From positions 806,001-870,000 of the forward strand of contig OZ287084.1 in the NCBI GenBank assembly GCA_965645245.1: a stretch of 64,000 nt of DNA, written 5' to 3'. The stretch comes from Massalongia carnosa (taxonomy: Eukaryota). Below, in pieces: positions 60,301-64,000 of this stretch (the first letter of the stretch is position 1; every line of letters starts with the position of its first letter). Made by a program: the position numbers and the translations under genes. A model generated the notes under the pieces. It made no database searches and was not told the DNA's origin. It saw only the letters and a list, made by a program, of their open reading frames with translations.

Positions 60301-60968
60301 CCTTGCATGGGCTGGCGCAAGACTCATCTCCCTGGCGGTTTGATGAGCGCAATACCGCCGGCGATTACTTCGGCACACAACTTCAAGCTGCAGGCTACAA
60401 TTATCATGGAAATGAGCCGATGTACAGCGGGATCACCGGGCGGGAATTTGCCGCGGACATCTACGTGGGCGTCGTTTACTATCAACGGCTACGTCACATG
60501 GTCAATGATAAATTCCAGGTTCGGACCACGGGTCCCGTGGTGCAAATGACTGGACAACCGATCAAAGGCCGCAGCAGGGGAGGAGGAATCCGAGTTGGAG
60601 AAATGGAACGGGACTCTCTCTTAGCACATGGATGTGCATATTTGTTGCAGGATCGATTGATGAACTGTAGCGATTACTCGCGACAATGGGTTTGCAGAAC
60701 ATGTGGGAGTTTCCTGAGCACCACGCCAACTGTGGGCACACGGGGAAGAAAAGGGGGGAAAGGCACTGGGGTGGTGAGATGTCGACGATGTGCAAAAGGT
60801 CTTGATCAATCCGAGGATGTGGAAGGCGAGGTGTGGGAGGATGGGACAGGAAAGAAATGGGTTGGTGGGGATAATACGACGGTTGTGGCAGTACCAGGGG
60901 TATTAAAATATCTTGACGTGGAACTAAGCGCTATGGGCGTGAGGATGAAGTTCAACATAAGCCCTTGA
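57309..60968 (+). CDS. RPA135: RNA polymerase I second-largest subunit
   Basis: Intronless 1219 aa. GGYFIVNGIEKLIR, RKLLPESWGFLCPVHTPDG.PCGLLNHL, NQSPRNMYQCQM.KQ, GYDMDDAM, GDKFSSRHGQKG, GEMERDSLLAHG, C-terminal zinc ribbon. Confidence 0.97.
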   Translation: MDPSTKTSTETQWTAEFDTLRRENLFQNPPKDHTPYPALVEALKPHLDSFNALLDGNKLLPAALRDIGTKIFHDRAREHIGRDQSSEIADGQRKRNRFYVRIHEVFLEKSALPLTNKFSTRNREIYPAECRERHATYRGKLRARVEYRLNEEQWQETVRDLGQLPIMLRSNRCHLERCTPAQLVEHKEESEELGGYFIVNGIEKLIRMLIVSRRNFPLAIVRGSFLKRGAAYTEFAMQIRSVRPDQTSQTNVLHYLTDGNVTFRFSWRKNEYLVPVMMILKALVETNDREIFEGLVGTSGPKATHDTFVSDRVELLLRTYKSYNLHGKANTQAYLGAKFKPVLGVPDDISNHQAGSEFLRKVVLVHLGNVQVTESQNHDKFKMLLFMIRKLYSLVAGDCAVDNPDAISCQEILLPGFLYAMIIKEKLDDWLRSIQGAAQEWSARNNNAEFTDPAFLKDFPTKILKRTNENIGGLLEYFLSTGNLVSPTGLDLQQTSGFTVVAEKINFYRFISHFRMVHRGSFFAQLKTTTVRKLLPESWGFLCPVHTPDGIPCGLLNHLAHKCRIITRDLDVIAIPKLLAQMGVSDFSSASLDESVVVQLDGRILGFCSPKQAQVIGDTLRYWKVEGSHEVPLELEIGYIPNSNGGQYPGIYMSSQGARMIRPTKYLPLDTQDLVGPFEQPFMSIACTEKEIESGESTHVEYDPTNILSILANQTPFSDFNQSPRNMYQCQMSKQAMGTPGTSTRYRTDNKSYRLQTGQTPIVRPPLYNEYGLDNFPNGMNAVVAVISYTGYDMDDAMILNKSAHERGFGHGTIYKTKIIRLDEQATKGRSARSVTKLFGFAPNSYISPGTRSRLDEDGLPYVGAKICEGDVLAASHTVSFDSSQDVYINSDAQNFLHKYKDPETAYVEEVRVLGSESGADPCQAISIKLRVPRSPVIGDKFSSRHGQKGVCSQKWPTVDMPFSESGIVPDVIINPHAFPSRMTIGMFVESLAGKAGALHGLAQDSSPWRFDERNTAGDYFGTQLQAAGYNYHGNEPMYSGITGREFAADIYVGVVYYQRLRHMVNDKFQVRTTGPVVQMTGQPIKGRSRGGGIRVGEMERDSLLAHGCAYLLQDRLMNCSDYSRQWVCRTCGSFLSTTPTVGTRGRKGGKGTGVVRCRRCAKGLDQSEDVEGEVWEDGTGKKWVGGDNTTVVAVPGVLKYLDVELSAMGVRMKFNISP

Positions 60969-61507
60969 CATAATTGTATAGGTATCGAGTAGCCCATGTA
61001 CTGGGTGGAGAAGTACGAAAGATGAGCAAAAGCTTGAGCACAGAGCTGTTTAAGTACCCGATCTTCGTAGCTGTAACATATTCGCAGTTGGCGCATATCA
61101 CGATTTAATATCACTGATAAAATCACCCTTTGGCTATAACCTCTGAGGAAAATATGGATCAAGCTGAGGCTGGGATATCATGGATAAAAAGCCTTCGAAG
61201 GGGAGAGAAAATTTAGAAATTGAAACTCTGTAAGTACGTAACTCGAGGCTAGAAATAGATATCTACCCAGTCCCGAATTAAACCAAGTACTTTGCGGCCT
61301 ATGAATTAGACATTGAACTACCCGCTCATGGGCTTCATCAGGTTTAATCACTAAACGACAAGATATTCGGATTTCAACGAGAAAGTACGAAACTCTCAAA
61401 AGAGCTCTGAAGGCAATGGCGTGGCAGACTCTCTTGCGATTTTAAGTTGGCGATCTTAAGACTTAACTGCGTGGCCTGGAGAAGCGTAGAGCTGAGGATT
61501 GACCAGC

Positions 61508-63282
61508 ATGGCCTCGTTTGCTAGGAATGAGCATCACCACGGGCTCGTTGACATGGGCAGGTAATTATTGGGTTAAGATTGGCCACCTTGGTAGTTAGAG
61601 GTAGTTCATGGCTAAAATCTATCAGCAATGGCATCCGATTTTCCATATCGGACCTATCACCGCCAACCGCTCGAGTCCTGCCAACCATCTACCAGGATCG
61701 TTCTGACATCTCGTTGTATGATGCACAATATATCCAAGGACACAAAGGCCCAATATCTCAACAGGTTATCGAGGATGTCTTGTTGGCATTGTTGCGATTC
61801 AAGAGAACGTGCGAAGACTTTGGCTTAGGCAATGACCAAGTGCGGGTCGTAGCTACTGAAGCAACCCGAGGAGCCGTCAACAGTGAAGATTATAGACGAC
61901 AGATTGAGTCTAAGACTGGCTGGAAGGTGGAGATGCTTGCAAAAGAGGATGAAGGCAGGATAGGAGCTATGGGAATAGCAAGTAGCTTCTCGAGCGTCAA
62001 AGGACTGGCTTTGGATCTGGGAGGTGGAAGTGTTCAATTGACCTGGTTAACTGCTAAAAATGGGAACATTGAGACAAGCTCTAAGGGATCGGTGAGCTTT
62101 CCGTATGGAGCTGCTGCTCTCATGAGACTATTAGAAAGTACAGCCGGAGCCAGCGAACAGGATGAATTGCAAAAAGAGCTGGCAGGGGATTTTGAAACCG
62201 CTCTTGATGACCTTGACATGCCTTCGAGTCTGATAGGAGATGCTGAAGAGGAAGGTGGTTTCACACTCTACTTAAGCGGTGGAGGATTCCGTGGATGGGG
62301 GTACCTTCTCATGTCCATTCATGCCGCCCAGCCTTATCCAATTCCCATCATCAACGGCTTTCGTGTTCCCCAATCTTCTTTCCTCCCGAAATTGTCTCAG
62401 TCTCCCACCGAGGGCTCCACGTTTCGGATCTCCTCCCGCCGCGCGACTCAAGTTCCTGCAGTGAAGTTTCTGATCACTGCTCTTATAAAATCTTTGCCAT
62501 CAATCTCCAACATTTATTTCGCCCAAGGGGGTCTCCGAGAAGGTCTCTTGTTTTCTCGTCTTCCCGCCGCTATCCGCTCCCAAGACCCGCTCGTCACCGC
62601 AACCGTGCAATACGCCCCCGTTTCTACTCCGATCCTGGCTGCACTCCTACTTTCTGCGTTGCCCCCATCATTAGTGGAGCACGACGTCAACCCCACCCCA
62701 CCTCTTCCCTCTCCCGATTTTTTAACGGCGACCATACATCTGTTAATGGCTCACGCAAACCTCCCAAAGGATATCCGAGCAGCTGCAGCGCTCAGGACGA
62801 CGACAACCGGTCTACTTGCCAACGCGCACGGAATCTCGCACGACGAGCGGGCGTTGTTAGCTCTTGTTCTCTGCGAACGTTGGGGCGGAGAACTCAGCCC
62901 CTCAGATACCGACTTCCACGCCAATCTGCAAGAACTTATCGGCCAAAAAGCCAGTTGGTGGGCCAAGTACCTTGGCCGGGTCGCTCGCGGCATTGGCGAT
63001 GTTTTTCCTGCCGGCTTGGTTCGTGAAGCTGAAAAAGACTCGACAGTGAAGCTCAAGGTCGAATGGAGCACGTCGAGCTCAACGAAGAAAATGAAGACGA
63101 GCAGTGCAACTGAGAAGGTTATCTCTATGGAGATTTTGCAGTTGAGACAGGGTATCGACGGCGTGCTTGACGACTGGCGGGATGGGTTGGAGAAGGTGGG
63201 AAAGAGGAAACATTGGGTGGGCGGGGAAAGGGGGTTTGGGTGTAGAGTAGAGGTGAGGGTAGAGAGGAGGGTAGGCAGTTGA
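61508..63282 (+). CDS. RTG2: Retrograde regulation protein 2-like, Ppx/GppA (ASKHA) family
   Basis: Exon 61508-61560, intron 61561-61625 give GLVDMGS|NGIRFSI; ATEATR.A.NS, EGRIGA.G, DLGGGSVQL, LSGGGFRGWG, GGLREG.L. Confidence 0.85.
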
Positions 63283-64000
63283 GGTTTGGTACACTGGTGA
63301 GCTGAGGATCAACATTAGAGACATCATGACTTACGCGATACGAATGGATTATACCCCAAGTTGCATGAGAACAATCTTTACGAATCGACCACGCTTCAAC
63401 ATCTCCAATACAAGGCCGACCACCGCGTAGGCTCCAAGAAGTTCTTCGTCTTGTCACTCAATGGCAAGAATTAAACCCCTCGCAGCCAGGGCCAGAGACT
63501 CAGCTATCAAAAGTATCAGTCCCAATGAAGCATAATATTCCTAATAGGTTGATCTGCAAGTTCGGTTTTTTTTGGCTGGAAGGTCACATTTCGAGCATTC
63601 AATGTGAAGTTTCAAGCTGCTAGCTAAATCTTCCTCTGGCTTGCGAACAATCGTTGAATTTCCACGACTCAAAGCTGATATAGGGAACTTGGTAACTCGT
63701 TCTTCACGTGGGCTTTCGCGTCTCACTTGTAGCCTTTCCAATCGTGAAGTTCTTTCCATCAACCACCATATCATTGGGATATCAGTGGGTATTTATTATC
63801 ATTTGTTCCTTGCATTCCCAACTGTTCCAACGACTATGGGGGTATCGTCAAATGTATGACTTGTGTCTATTTTCAATGTATTGTTGGGAATGGAGTCTTC
63901 AACGCCATTTATGATCTTTACACCACTCCTTTTCGGACTCAATCACACCGTTTGATCCAAGGTGAAGATGAAGAGTCATTATGAGAGAGACACCATTTTG

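Noticed and set aside
63300..64000. Short ORFs at the window end, including a CxxC in 63541-63774
   Set aside because: Could be the tail of a gene outside the window, but nothing identifiable.
1..64000. tRNA, rRNA, snoRNA genes, LTR retroelements or a secondary-metabolite cluster
   Set aside because: None recognised by eye; a covariance-model search would be needed to exclude small RNAs.

Overview
Gene-dense chromosomal region of a filamentous ascomycete (Pezizomycotina-type short GT-AG introns with CTRAC branch points; the species cannot be determined from sequence alone). It holds about 18 conserved housekeeping genes: RQC2/NEMF, SUA5, COG4, an HST2-type sirtuin, an NDR-family kinase, RAD21, PMR1, coatomer zeta, a STIMATE/YPL162C-like membrane protein, SF3B6, ATG22, MED14, a neutral trehalase, OCT1/MIP, SRC1/HEH1, an RCR-family protein, ARL8, RPA135 and an RTG2-like protein. 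Between them lie defective DNA transposons: three DD34E Tc1-like copies from two subfamilies, an intron-containing piggyBac-like element abutting a Fot1/pogo DD35D element, and two MITE-like elements. There is also a small pseudogene with a 21-bp repeat. The most interesting signals are: (i) a recurrent intergenic TA-CGGAG-TA / TA-CTCCG-TA motif family that matches TA + the terminal 5 nt of the resident Tc1 element + TA, suggesting 5-nt excision footprints from a transposase with an unusually long D-D spacing; (ii) a C-rich then G-rich sense-strand switch at the 3' ends of every convergent gene pair that could be checked; (iii) transposon decay by small deletions rather than RIP. All gene calls come from motif recognition by eye, not database searches.
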